The position numbers and the translations under genes are program-made. 64,000 nt of DNA from a virus. The notes under the pieces are model-generated. The model was not told the origin of the DNA. It worked only from the letters and a program-made list of their open reading frames with translations, and did not search any database. The DNA lies in the IMG/VR virus record IMGVR_UViG_3300004481_000389. One strand, 5' to 3'. This document shows, one piece after another, positions 8,489 to 16,454 of this stretch; position 1 is the first letter of the stretch; every line of letters begins with the position of its first letter.

Positions 8489-8713
8489 TTAAAGGGCATT
8501 TTTCCTATAGAAGTCGAATATATGAGCTACTGCTTCATCATTGGTACAGTCCTCACCCTGGTTCTGCAGCTGCTCTTTTACCTGGCTAACCAACTCAATA
8601 TCTTTTTGATTCTGATAGTAGGCTTTTTTGGTTAGTCCCTGGGCCTTTTTACGCTGTTCAGTAACCTTGCGCCGTTCATAGGCTGTCATTGGTTTTGGCT
8701 TGGTCTTTTCCAT
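8489..8713 (-). CDS. small basic protein, possible RHH-like or RepB/YbfE-like DNA-binding regulator
   Basis: MTAYERRKVTEQRKKAQGLTKK followed by helical segments. Operator site 2 lies 40 bp upstream. Confidence 0.5.
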   Translation of the reverse strand: MEKTKPKPMTAYERRKVTEQRKKAQGLTKKAYYQNQKDIELVSQVKEQLQNQGEDCTNDEAVAHIFDFYRKNAL

Positions 8714-8752
8714 TGATATTCCCTTAAAAGCTTATTCTGCAATATTATACAG

Positions 8753-8765
8753 GTGATAATATCAC
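8753..8765. promoter_or_regulatory. Palindromic operator GTGATA-A-TATCAC (site 2)
   Basis: On the minus strand it sits just upstream of a perfect TATAAT (8744-8749), that is, in a promoter spacer. Confidence 0.5.
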
Positions 8766-8775
8766 ATTAAATAGC

Positions 8776-9093
8776 TCAAGATATGGATTGCGAGCGAATA
8801 GAGTAAGCGCCATTTACCCAGCCATCCTGGTAGTCTACTTCGGGTCCCTTAATCATGACGGCGTGAGGCTGAACATCGGACCAATTCATGTTGTTTGAAG
8901 CCCAGTCATGTATTGCGTAGGCGCTTTGGGTGAAGTAAGGCAGGGTATCATCCTTGAGGCTTTCATTTACATCACCGTTGTAATCTATACCAGCATAGAA
9001 TTTAGCCCGATCCTCAGCAATCAGGCGCATAGGTACGGCCCATTCGCTGCCGTCATCCATTGTGATCACGTATTGACTATTCAAAATGCTCAT
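8776..9093 (-). CDS. hypothetical protein
   Basis: 105-aa ORF, last gene of a five-gene coupled leftward operon. Confidence 0.6.
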   Translation of the reverse strand: MSILNSQYVITMDDGSEWAVPMRLIAEDRAKFYAGIDYNGDVNESLKDDTLPYFTQSAYAIHDWASNNMNWSDVQPHAVMIKGPEVDYQDGWVNGAYSIRSQSIS

Positions 9094-9545
9094 TGGTTTT
9101 CTTCCTTTTTTTCCTTAATGCAATCTTCTAGGTGTTGAATTGCTTTGGCCTGGCTCCTGAATGGACCTTGCCAGCATCCATTCAGGTATATATCCCACTC
9201 GGTAAGGCCATGTTCTACAATCTTATTCATCTGGACGGTGCCAAAAAATGGGACCTCATGCGCCCACCAGATTTCATTATCATCTGTGCCAAATTCAATT
9301 TTTGAGTTTTGGGCCACTGCCTCAGCCTTATAAGCTCCTTCTGCGTACTTGATCAGATTTGCTACTGGTGTGCCTTTCATAAACCAGGTTTGTTCAATCA
9401 TGCAGTCATTCTTTAGGGCTGTATGATCCTCTACCGTTTTAATAATCTGAGGGATCAGTTCACCAAATTCAGTCACAAAATCTAAAGGCTTGCCAGCACA
9501 TAGATTTAATAAAGCCACATCGAGCTTAGTCATTGATTCGCTCAT
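9090..9545 (-). CDS. hypothetical protein
   Basis: 151-aa ORF with 4-nt overlaps on both sides. Confidence 0.6.
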   Translation of the reverse strand: MSESMTKLDVALLNLCAGKPLDFVTEFGELIPQIIKTVEDHTALKNDCMIEQTWFMKGTPVANLIKYAEGAYKAEAVAQNSKIEFGTDDNEIWWAHEVPFFGTVQMNKIVEHGLTEWDIYLNGCWQGPFRSQAKAIQHLEDCIKEKKEENQ

Positions 9546-9835
9546 TTATCTGACCCCTGAACATAGTTTTCATCAAAATCAGGCGATCCAGGTGTGGCAA
9601 ATGTCTCTTGTGATCCATATTCCTCAGCAAGATAGGCGTTAAAAAACTCTTTTTTATTCATGAGTTCATAGCCTTCGGGTAATGAATCCTCGGCCTGTTT
9701 GATGAGGGATCGGATTGTTTCCGGTGTTGGGTACTGACCTAGCGGCAAGCTTGCTTTTACTATGGCCTGGGTCCCGGTTTCCTGGTTAATCCCGTATATG
9801 CCTAGCTCAAGCTTGATCGGTGCATTCATTTCCAT
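9542..9835 (-). CDS. hypothetical protein
   Basis: 97-aa ORF with coupled overlaps. Confidence 0.6.
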   Translation of the reverse strand: MEMNAPIKLELGIYGINQETGTQAIVKASLPLGQYPTPETIRSLIKQAEDSLPEGYELMNKKEFFNAYLAEEYGSQETFATPGSPDFDENYVQGSDK

Positions 9836-10221
9836 TAGTTTTGTTCCTGTTTGTATGTAATATCAAGTTGCTCTTTTACCCAATCACACCAGGTAAAAAA
9901 GCCGTGTAAAATTGGCTGTATATTCTGAGTATCTGACCAACCAGCAAAGCCAATAAAGCCGCCTTTCTCAAAAGCGATACATTGCCGTCCGGTGAAATAA
10001 AACGCCTGGCAGTTAAAACTTGCCTCAAATACCCCGCCTTTATCGCTACTGGTGTACTTGATCCGGCCATGACAGGAAAATGAGCCATCGAGATAGCCAC
10101 TTTCCTTGAGGTTCTGATTCACCACGGCGCGAAGCTTCTTAAAGTGGTCTTTAGTAATGTTCTGGTAGCTCAGGCCGCATTCATTGAAATAGGCCCGTGC
10201 CTGGTCCCTGGTGAGTTCCAT
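9835..10221 (-). CDS. hypothetical protein
   Basis: 128-aa ORF with coupled overlaps. Confidence 0.6.
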   Translation of the reverse strand: MELTRDQARAYFNECGLSYQNITKDHFKKLRAVVNQNLKESGYLDGSFSCHGRIKYTSSDKGGVFEASFNCQAFYFTGRQCIAFEKGGFIGFAGWSDTQNIQPILHGFFTWCDWVKEQLDITYKQEQN

Positions 10222-10223
10222 AG

Positions 10224-10754
10224 TTACCCCTTGCTGCTGGTATGAAATTCAATAAATTGGTCCGGTGTTTCAAATACTGGGGAATCCATGTCTAGCCGCT
10301 TCATTGCTTCTACTTCTTTGGTCCATCCCAGGCGTTCAGCAATTTGCATGTAAGCACTTGGGTTGCCCATTTTAATCTGCATGATTGCGGCACCCGCACA
10401 CTGGCTAGTCTTTTCATCATAGGTATATGTGCCGTCCTCATGTTCGCCGTCCTCATCATCCCTAGCGCCACCAGTGGTTTTGTGACAGGGGAATGACTGA
10501 CCCATTTTAAAGGTGCTGAATGCAATCCCTTCTGCACGGGCCTTGCCTAACCAGCCTTTATTGTGTGCTGGTAGATCATTACGGAAAGGACAGTTTTTAC
10601 ATGGGCTACTAAGCTTGAATGACTTGATTTCGTCCTTTTTCGCTTCTGGCGTATTACCTGGCTCCGGTTGCAGTGCTGGTTCAGGTTGTTCAGCTGGATC
10701 TGCTAAGACTTCTTCTGAATCAAAAGTTGTTGCAGCATTGCGGGTTAATTTCAT
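10224..10754 (-). CDS. Cys-motif protein (resembles the DUF6283-type CxxCPFR...FPCH family)
   Basis: CKNCPFRND...SFPCHKTTGG. Start moved to the MKLTRNAA codon because the track start (10796) lies inside operator site 3. Confidence 0.6.
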   Translation of the reverse strand: MKLTRNAATTFDSEEVLADPAEQPEPALQPEPGNTPEAKKDEIKSFKLSSPCKNCPFRNDLPAHNKGWLGKARAEGIAFSTFKMGQSFPCHKTTGGARDDEDGEHEDGTYTYDEKTSQCAGAAIMQIKMGNPSAYMQIAERLGWTKEVEAMKRLDMDSPVFETPDQFIEFHTSSKG

Positions 10755-10783
10755 AGTGATTAGCCTTAATCGTTTGATGATTG

Positions 10784-10796
10784 GTGATATTATCAC
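10784..10796. promoter_or_regulatory. Palindromic operator GTGATA-T-TATCAC (site 3)
   Basis: Perfect inverted repeat 30 bp upstream of the leftward operon start. Confidence 0.5.
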
Positions 10797-10956
10797 AATG
10801 ATATTAAATTAGTTAGTTTTTATTTAATTTTGTTGATTTAAATAAGCCTTAGACTTATTATTGCAGCACGGATGCTCTTAGTCCTTATGTTTTGTGGTTG
10901 GTCAGCTTCACTGGGTCGTGCAAGTTGATTGCTCGATAGTGTCAGAACAGCAAGAT

Positions 10957-10982
10957 AGCCAGCGTAAAAAGCTGGCTTTTTT
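10957..10982 (+). terminator. Rho-independent terminator in an intergenic region with no CDS upstream
   Basis: AGCCAGC-gtaaaaa-GCTGGCT followed by a T-run. Confidence 0.7.
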
Positions 10983-11006
10983 GTATCTGCTTTCAGGTAA
11001 ATAGAT

Positions 11007-11702
11007 ATGAACGATAAAGATATTGAACAGTTAATTCATGGTAAGGCACCAATTGGGCCACGCATGACTGCTGAAATGGTTGAAAGCCTGATTAAAGATA
11101 TTGAATACACCTTGTTACCCAATAAACGCTCTACTGTCTGCTCTATTACCCTGGTAAACGGCTTTATGGTAAACGGCGTTAGCTCACTCATTAGTAGCTT
11201 TGATTATGATGAGGAAGTGGGCAAGATTACAGCGCATAAAAAAGCAATGGCTGAGGTTTGGGACGTGGCCAGCATCTTATTCACGGAAAAAATGCACCAA
11301 AACCAGACTAAAAGAGACAATGTATCAAGAGGTGAGCAGCTTTACTTCATCCACCATAAGGGCGGGATCTATAAGCTGCTGCATATTGCCAAGAATGAGG
11401 CTGATTCTAGTGAGGCCGCCGTATATCAAAGCCTGATGACTGGCGAAGTCTGGACCCGTCCAGCCAGTGAGTTTTATGAAAAATTCACATGCTGTATGGA
11501 TGATCCGAATTTTGATTATGAAAAGTCCTGGTTACAAGAGGAATGTAATCAAGTTCTGGCCAGATATAACAAGCTTGAGAAAAAGATTAGCCAGGGCCAG
11601 CCGGAAAACATGACAACGGCGCAATGGCAGCTGTTAAATCGTCATTTACTGGTACAGCGTGAGGATTATGAAATTACACAATGCCGCCTAGAGGATTGCT
11701 AA
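11007..11702 (+). CDS. two-domain protein: N-terminal Gp49/Sf6-gp66-like region plus C-terminal DUF1653-like region
   Basis: N-terminal segment TVCSITLVNGFMVNGVSS...VGKITAHKKA. C-terminal segment YFIHHKGGIYKLLHIAKNEADSSEAAVYQSLMTGEVWTRPASEF. Confidence 0.6.
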   Translation: MNDKDIEQLIHGKAPIGPRMTAEMVESLIKDIEYTLLPNKRSTVCSITLVNGFMVNGVSSLISSFDYDEEVGKITAHKKAMAEVWDVASILFTEKMHQNQTKRDNVSRGEQLYFIHHKGGIYKLLHIAKNEADSSEAAVYQSLMTGEVWTRPASEFYEKFTCCMDDPNFDYEKSWLQEECNQVLARYNKLEKKISQGQPENMTTAQWQLLNRHLLVQREDYEITQCRLEDC

Positions 11703-11716
11703 TCTACCAGGCACAA

Positions 11717-11748
11717 AAAACCCGGATCAATGTCCGGGTTTATTTTTG
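11717..11748 (+). terminator. Rho-independent terminator
   Basis: AAACCCGGA-tcaatg-TCCGGGTTT followed by ATTTTT. Confidence 0.7.
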
Positions 11749-11886
11749 GTTAATTAAAAGATAGGTAAAAGTCTATAATTTAAACGGCGCTAGTGGATTT
11801 TCACAATCTATGTGTTATCTTTACTGGGCTGTAACTAGCCTTACAGTTTGATGATGACATTCCCGACTGCCATATTGGGAATGGGA

Positions 11887-11917
11887 AAGCCCCCTTCTAG
11901 CCGAGGGGGCTTTTTTT
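11887..11917 (+). terminator. Rho-independent terminator (plus strand; the hairpin also lies just 3' of rep on the minus strand)
   Basis: GCCCCCT-tctagccg-AGGGGGC followed by T7. Confidence 0.7.
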
Positions 11918-11922
11918 ATGTC

Positions 11923-12900
11923 TTATTTAAAGCCAGCCTCTACCAGATAATCTTTTAACTCCATGCGGGTCTTAGGATCAACCAGCATGTCAATTGTTCT
12001 CATGGCCAGCTGTTCATATTGCTCATTTTGCCCGCCATATTTACCCCCGAATGAATGTAGGCGGCTTAATTTGGTTGCAAATGTTGTGATTTGGCTATCA
12101 GTCATGGTTAGAATTTTGCGGTTCAGCTTATTTTCTTCTGATTCTTCTATCGCTTTCTTGCTGACTTTCTCAACTGTCGGCTTCATCTTTAGTTTGAAAT
12201 TAAAGCCTGATACCACGCGACCCGTCTTGATTTGGTCACACTCTACTTCAATATCCGTATGGGCGTTAATCTGTTTTAAAGCTGGATTTAGGACCCTGGC
12301 CTTAAAGTCGGGGATACGCTGATATTCCGTTTCCTCAATTCCTAAGCTAAAGCGTAGATCTGAAAGTTGAATAGTCGGCGTTTTGCCTACCTCACGCCAA
12401 GCAATGAGGATTTCATATAGTCTGACCGCATACTTACTTTTAAGTTCTGCAATCTGGCCCAGCTTATACCAGGTAAAGTGCTTATGATTGCGCGTAATCA
12501 ATGGCACTACTACTGGGGCAAATGCCAGGGTTACACAGCCTTGTTCTTCACAATAGCCGACTTCACTCACCCAACGAGATTTAATATAAAACTCTTTACC
12601 TTCTCTAATTTCCTTGTAGGTAAATTTACGCTCAAAAAGATTCTTAGCAGCTGTTTTAAGGGCCTCATAAGCACCACTTCTATTGGTGTTAAAGCAATCC
12701 ATATAGTTCTGAGCATGGATAATCAATCTGCTATCTGCAGTAATACCTTGTCCGGTTTCTCTAGCACCTACAACCGCGAGTAAAATCATTCGCTGTTCGA
12801 TAAGATCCAGATTGTAGCTGGCATTGATAAGCATATTGTCTTTAACGACAAGTTGTTTGGTGTCCATAAAATAGCCTTGATGTTGACGATGATTGCTCAC
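11923..12900 (-). CDS. rep: plasmid replication initiator, Rep_3 (RepB/RepA iteron-binding) family
   Basis: LVVKDNMLINASYNLDLIEQRMILLAV... is the typical Rep_3 N-terminal winged-helix motif. Size is 325 aa and iterons lie directly upstream. Confidence 0.85.
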   Translation of the reverse strand: MSNHRQHQGYFMDTKQLVVKDNMLINASYNLDLIEQRMILLAVVGARETGQGITADSRLIIHAQNYMDCFNTNRSGAYEALKTAAKNLFERKFTYKEIREGKEFYIKSRWVSEVGYCEEQGCVTLAFAPVVVPLITRNHKHFTWYKLGQIAELKSKYAVRLYEILIAWREVGKTPTIQLSDLRFSLGIEETEYQRIPDFKARVLNPALKQINAHTDIEVECDQIKTGRVVSGFNFKLKMKPTVEKVSKKAIEESEENKLNRKILTMTDSQITTFATKLSRLHSFGGKYGGQNEQYEQLAMRTIDMLVDPKTRMELKDYLVEAGFK

Positions 12901-12904
12901 TGCA

Positions 12905-12937
12905 ATTAATAGACAATATATTTCAATGTCTACTAAT
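12905..12937. promoter_or_regulatory. Inverted pair of iteron-core half sites in the rep promoter (probable autorepression operator)
   Basis: ATTAATAGACAAT (inverted, 11/13 match) and AATGTCTACTAAT (direct) are separated by 7 bp, 5-37 bp upstream of the rep start. Confidence 0.45.
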
Positions 12938-12980
12938 AAGCAATAAGCTTTTCAATTGTCTGATGAATTACTACTCACAA

Positions 12981-13012
12981 GCGTTATGCGCCTAAGCACT
13001 TATGCACGGTAA
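12981..13012. promoter_or_regulatory. Short 8-bp-periodic array abutting the first iteron
   Basis: agcgttat|gcgcctaa|gcacttat|gcacggta. Same unit family as arrays A-D. Confidence 0.35.
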
Positions 13013-13089
13013 ATGTCTACTTATGAAATTAGATGGCTATTCCTGCCCGGAGAATGTCTACTTATATGCACGGTAAATGTCTACTTATA
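13005..13089 (+). repeat. oriV iteron cluster 1 (3 iterons of 21 bp)
   Basis: GCACGGTAAATGTCTACTTAT at 13005 and 13069. GCCCGGAGAATGTCTACTTAT at 13046. Confidence 0.8.
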
Positions 13090-13262
13090 AATACTCGAAG
13101 GCCCGTATTTATTGGGTTTATGTGATTTAGCACTTATTGCTGTGGAGGATATTAAAGAGCATCTAAACATTATTATTAGGCATAGTTTATTATATTAATT
13201 TTAATTAGTTTAAGGCTAATTTATACCTGAGTAAAAATAAATCTAATGTGTGAAAACTACAT
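13090..13262. other. AT-rich spacer between iteron clusters (candidate DNA-unwinding region)
   Basis: Visibly AT-rich, with runs such as attattattaggcatagtttattatattaattttaattagttt. Confidence 0.5.
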
Positions 13263-13370
13263 TAACGGTAAGTGTCTATTTATGCCCGGAGAATGTCTAC
13301 TCATTGCCCGGAGAATGTCTACTAATAGCACGGTAAATGTCTACTAATAGCACGGTAAATGTCTACTAAT
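13263..13370 (+). repeat. oriV iteron cluster 2 (5 iterons at 21-22 bp spacing)
   Basis: Starts at 13263 (degenerate), 13284, 13306, 13328 and 13350. Two sequence classes are present: GCCCGGAGAATG... and GCACGGTAAATG.... Confidence 0.8.
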
Positions 13371-13691
13371 GAAGCTGAAAAGGCTTGCTGTGCAAGGGTT
13401 TCAAGCTGCCTAAAAGCATTTAAAAACATTTAAAAGTATATAAAAGCCAAATCTTATTTTTTTTTAATTTTAATTTTAAGAATGTTTAAGGGTAGTAAAT
13501 ACCGTTTAATATTCAAGTTTAGGCTCTCTAATTTTTATTACAGTGATTAATAGATTTTGATTATTTAAATTAATCCTGGGTTACTCATTAATAAAATTTA
13601 ATAACAGTATTGTGATTCTTGTTAATAAGATCTAGCCTATAAGATAGATTGTAAATCAAAGTATTCACACCTAAGAACAAAACTACATAAA

Positions 13692-13952
13692 TTGGACATT
13701 TTCATCATGAAATCTTACACCGTTGTTATTTTTAAAAAGTCAGAATTAAGTCTTGATGCTTTAATTCACGATAATGAGCGTTTAGAGCATGTTTCACATA
13801 AAAGCTATACCGACATAGCCGAAGCATACGAAAACCTCAAAATAGCGCAATCTGAGGGAAATGAGGCTATATTATTATCTGATTCACTGATTACCGATCT
13901 GTTTACTACTACTGTTAAAAAAAAGGTAAATAGAGTTTTAAGCATAGTCTGA
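13692..13952 (+). CDS. hypothetical protein
   Basis: 86-aa ORF (alternative ATG at 13707) followed by a hairpin and T-run at about 13973-14001. Confidence 0.45.
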   Translation: MDIFIMKSYTVVIFKKSELSLDALIHDNERLEHVSHKSYTDIAEAYENLKIAQSEGNEAILLSDSLITDLFTTTVKKKVNRVLSIV

Positions 13953-14018
13953 TTGATTTTGTAATTTTAAGGAGGTCCGGGATAAGTCCAGGGCCTTTTT
14001 ATTTTGCCTATTGAAATT

Positions 14019-14031
14019 GTGATAACATCAC
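14019..14031. promoter_or_regulatory. Palindromic operator GTGATA-A-CATCAC (site 4, one mismatch)
   Basis: Lies exactly within the 17-nt spacer between TTGAAA (14011) and TATATT (14034). Confidence 0.45.
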
Positions 14032-14072
14032 AGTATATTGAGGCCTCATTCATCAAATGAAATAGGCTAGGT

Positions 14073-14513
14073 ATGAAATTTGATTACAGCTCTTTTAAAT
14101 CTGAGGGTATAAACCGTAACCGGGATCTGGTAGGGACAGTACAAGGGACCTTTCAGGGGCAAGAAATTACTTGTCGTGCTTACCAGGCTTCAAACAGTGA
14201 TTTAGTTATTGCTGGATTCATGGGAAAAAATAAGGCTTATAACCGCCTATGGGTTGCTACCGTCTGGCTGGAAAAAGATAACCAGTTACGCTTTTATTTT
14301 GGCTTTGAAAGCAAACCGAAGCGCAACGGCGCATCTGACCTTGTTTATGATCCTGATGGATATTTTGAACAGGCACCTAAGCATTTGTTTAATGTGGACC
14401 CATCCAGCATAGAGGAAAACGCATATTGCCATCGTTGCGGAAAGGACGTTGTTCTAGTGCATGGTGAATGTTCTGATTGTGAGCTTTATTTTGCAAAAAA
14501 ATACGATTACTAA
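14073..14513 (+). CDS. hypothetical protein with a C-terminal zinc ribbon
   Basis: CHRCGKDVVLVHGECSDCELYF near the C-terminus. Confidence 0.55.
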   Translation: MKFDYSSFKSEGINRNRDLVGTVQGTFQGQEITCRAYQASNSDLVIAGFMGKNKAYNRLWVATVWLEKDNQLRFYFGFESKPKRNGASDLVYDPDGYFEQAPKHLFNVDPSSIEENAYCHRCGKDVVLVHGECSDCELYFAKKYDY

Positions 14514-14545
14514 AAAAATGCCCTGATTTTTTCAGGGCTATTTGC
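14513..14545. terminator. Bidirectional terminator
   Basis: GCCCTGA-tttttt-TCAGGGC flanked by an A-run and a T-rich tract, between convergent genes. Confidence 0.65.
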
Positions 14546-14571
14546 TAATTGATATATGTTGTAGCCTGCCC

Positions 14572-15126
14572 TTATTTGTAAGGGCTTTCCTTTTTTGCGC
14601 GTACCTTCTTAAAGTGCTGGTTTACCAGGTCCCAGGCCATATCTTTATTTTTTCGCACTCTTGCCCGGTTCTGATTCAGCTTTTTCATTGCCCAGGGCCG
14701 TTTTTTCGCAATAATGGTCCCTATCCTTTCCCAGTCCTCACTTTTATCAGCTGCAGTGCGCCCATGCTCACCAAAAGCAGCAATCAGGGTCTTATTTGAT
14801 GTGCTGCAATCAAACAGGCCTTGTAGCATTCTATGTGCCAGGGTCGCCGTCATATCAAGCTCATATTCAATGGCCAGCGTATATAGGACCACAAGCATTA
14901 ACCCTGCTTTACGCTTCCTGGACAAAATCGACCACTGGGCCGCATGTTGTGGGTCCATAACGGCCATAGTGTCATGTAGATAACTTGGATCTGGTACCAG
15001 GGATTCATGATCGTATTTATGGTAATTGATCCGGTTGAAAATTAATTGTTCTGCATCTTTTGTGTAGTCTTGGAGACTATAGGGCTTATGCCTGGTGTAG
15101 AAGTCCCTCATTTTTTCAATATTCAT
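14572..15126 (-). CDS. hypothetical protein with a basic C-terminus
   Basis: 184-aa ORF; no motif recognised. Confidence 0.55.
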   Translation of the reverse strand: MNIEKMRDFYTRHKPYSLQDYTKDAEQLIFNRINYHKYDHESLVPDPSYLHDTMAVMDPQHAAQWSILSRKRKAGLMLVVLYTLAIEYELDMTATLAHRMLQGLFDCSTSNKTLIAAFGEHGRTAADKSEDWERIGTIIAKKRPWAMKKLNQNRARVRKNKDMAWDLVNQHFKKVRAKKESPYK

Positions 15127-15231
15127 GTTTACTCCATTGTCGAGGCTAAAACATATATCGCTTAGCTTGGTCGATTTTGAGGTTATAACATGAGTTGTGC
15201 GCCGTTGTATATCAAGCGATTAGCTGGCATT

Positions 15232-15251
15232 AAAAAGCCCCTTTCGGGGCG
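15232..15251 (-). terminator. Rho-independent terminator (minus strand)
   Basis: On the minus strand, GCCCC-gaaa-GGGGC followed by TTTTT, right after the 70-aa gene. Confidence 0.6.
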
Positions 15252-15254
15252 TAT

Positions 15255-15467
15255 TTATGGAATGTCTTTAATACATTCATCAATCAGGCTGGTTAAATGG
15301 TCCTTCATGTTTAGTCTGTTTTGCGCCAGATAGATCTTATAGCGTCTGTGGCGATCCTCAGACAATACCAGGCTGCTACGCACGGTTGGACCTATATCCT
15401 TAATGCTTTCCAATTGCTGAGCTTTGCGTTTATCGCCCTGGTCCTTTTTGGATTTAATTTCTAACAT
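15255..15467 (-). CDS. small ribbon-helix-helix-like protein, candidate ParG-type centromere-binding partner of ParA
   Basis: 70 aa with a basic disordered N-terminus, then RSSLVLSEDRHRRYKIYLAQNRLNMKDHLTSLI (strand-helix-helix pattern). Lies downstream of parA. Confidence 0.55.
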   Translation of the reverse strand: MLEIKSKKDQGDKRKAQQLESIKDIGPTVRSSLVLSEDRHRRYKIYLAQNRLNMKDHLTSLIDECIKDIP

Positions 15468-15485
15468 TTAACATTCCTGGGTCAT

Positions 15486-15549
15486 GCACTTATGCGGTTA
15501 TACACTTATACAATTATGCACTTATGCTATCAAGTGCATAAGTGCATAT
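15486..15549. promoter_or_regulatory. 8-bp-periodic repeat array B (8 units; last two inverted)
   Basis: gcacttat|gcggttat|acacttat|acaattat|gcacttat|gctatcaa|gtgcataa|gtgcatat. Lies between parA and the RHH gene. Confidence 0.6.
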
Positions 15550-15556
15550 ATTTGAA

Positions 15557-16201
15557 TTAAGTCTTGTCTGAGAGGTATTTAGCTTTGATTTCTTCTGCTA
15601 GTTTCCAAGCGTCTTTAGCTGCATTGGAATTAGGTGCATAGTCGTGAACAGTCAAACCTTTAGCAATTGATTTTGTGTAGTCGATGTACTGAAAAATAAC
15701 TGTATCTAACACGGGTAGTTCATAGCCAGCCAAAACGCTAGAAACTTCTTTACCCAGTGACGTATTTGCAATTACACGAGATACCAGGAAAGTAGCCTTT
15801 AATTTTTCATCTGTAAGCTCGATACGTTGTTTAACCATATCTACCAGGTCGGACGTTGCCCATATATCAAGTGGTGAAGGCTGGACTGGGATAATAACTA
15901 AATCGGATGCTTTAATTGCTGACGCGCTCATTTGTTCTAAAGAAGGTGCGCCGTCAATAATGACAATATCCATATTGGATAGAGATTTAATGTCTTTATG
16001 AATCGTTGGGCGGTCAATAGCGAAAACTGGCACCGGGTTATTTTCATCTACTTCCTTCCAGTCGCGGGCGCTACCTTGTGGATCTGAATCAACCAGGGCA
16101 ACTTCCATACCCATTTTTTGAAAAGCACGTGCAAGATTAAGTGAATTTGTAGTCTTACCAGCGCCGCCTTTTTGATTGAGCAAAGAGATAACAAAAGCCA
16201 T
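15557..16201 (-). CDS. parA: ParA-family partition ATPase (small, type Ib-like)
   Basis: Deviant Walker A LNQKGGAGKTT; 214 aa; DSDPQGS; IIDGAP. Confidence 0.9.
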   Translation of the reverse strand: MAFVISLLNQKGGAGKTTNSLNLARAFQKMGMEVALVDSDPQGSARDWKEVDENNPVPVFAIDRPTIHKDIKSLSNMDIVIIDGAPSLEQMSASAIKASDLVIIPVQPSPLDIWATSDLVDMVKQRIELTDEKLKATFLVSRVIANTSLGKEVSSVLAGYELPVLDTVIFQYIDYTKSIAKGLTVHDYAPNSNAAKDAWKLAEEIKAKYLSDKT

Positions 16202-16301
16202 TTTTTAATTTCCAGTTTGATGATGAATCCATTGAAGTATAAGGCTTTACGTGCCTCTGTCAATAAAATAAAGGCCCAAAAATCAGCTATTTGTATATTT
16301 T

Positions 16302-16343
16302 AAGTGCATATACATTTATGCACTTATACATTTAAGTGCATTT
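16302..16343. promoter_or_regulatory. 8-bp-periodic repeat array C1 (alternating orientation)
   Basis: aaGTGCATat|acatttat|GCACTTat|acatttaa|GTGCATtt. That is AAGTGCAT/ATGCACTT arms with 8-bp spacers, upstream of parA. Confidence 0.55.
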
Positions 16344-16422
16344 TGTAGAAGTTTCATAGCCTGGGTGATTGATAGCTTTTTAATCTAATTATTTGATTTA
16401 ATTAAAATCAATTTTATAAAAA

Positions 16423-16454
16423 GTGCATAACCGCATAAGTGCATGAGTGCATTT
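16423..16454. promoter_or_regulatory. 8-bp-periodic repeat array C2 (4 units)
   Basis: gtgcataa|ccgcataa|gtgcatga|gtgcattt. Lies between divergent parA and the 16542 operon. Confidence 0.55.

Noticed and set aside
10755-10796. Longer N-terminus (MIISPIIKRLRLIT) for the 10224 gene, and similar track extensions at 29789, 46135, 48152 and 1966
   Set aside because: The extensions overlap upstream genes or regulatory sites and lack RBSs. Internal ATGs with RBSs or stop-start coupling fit better.
7858-11795. Shared 10-mer AAACGGCGCT in two intergenic regions (about 7859 and about 11782)
   Set aside because: In 64 kb many 10-mers recur by chance, and no extended similarity surrounds the match.
12981-13370. 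Could the regularly spaced repeats be a CRISPR array?
   Set aside because: The repeats are 21 bp at 21-22 bp spacing, so there are no spacers. They sit beside a Rep_3 gene and an AT-rich region, and no cas genes are present. They are iterons.
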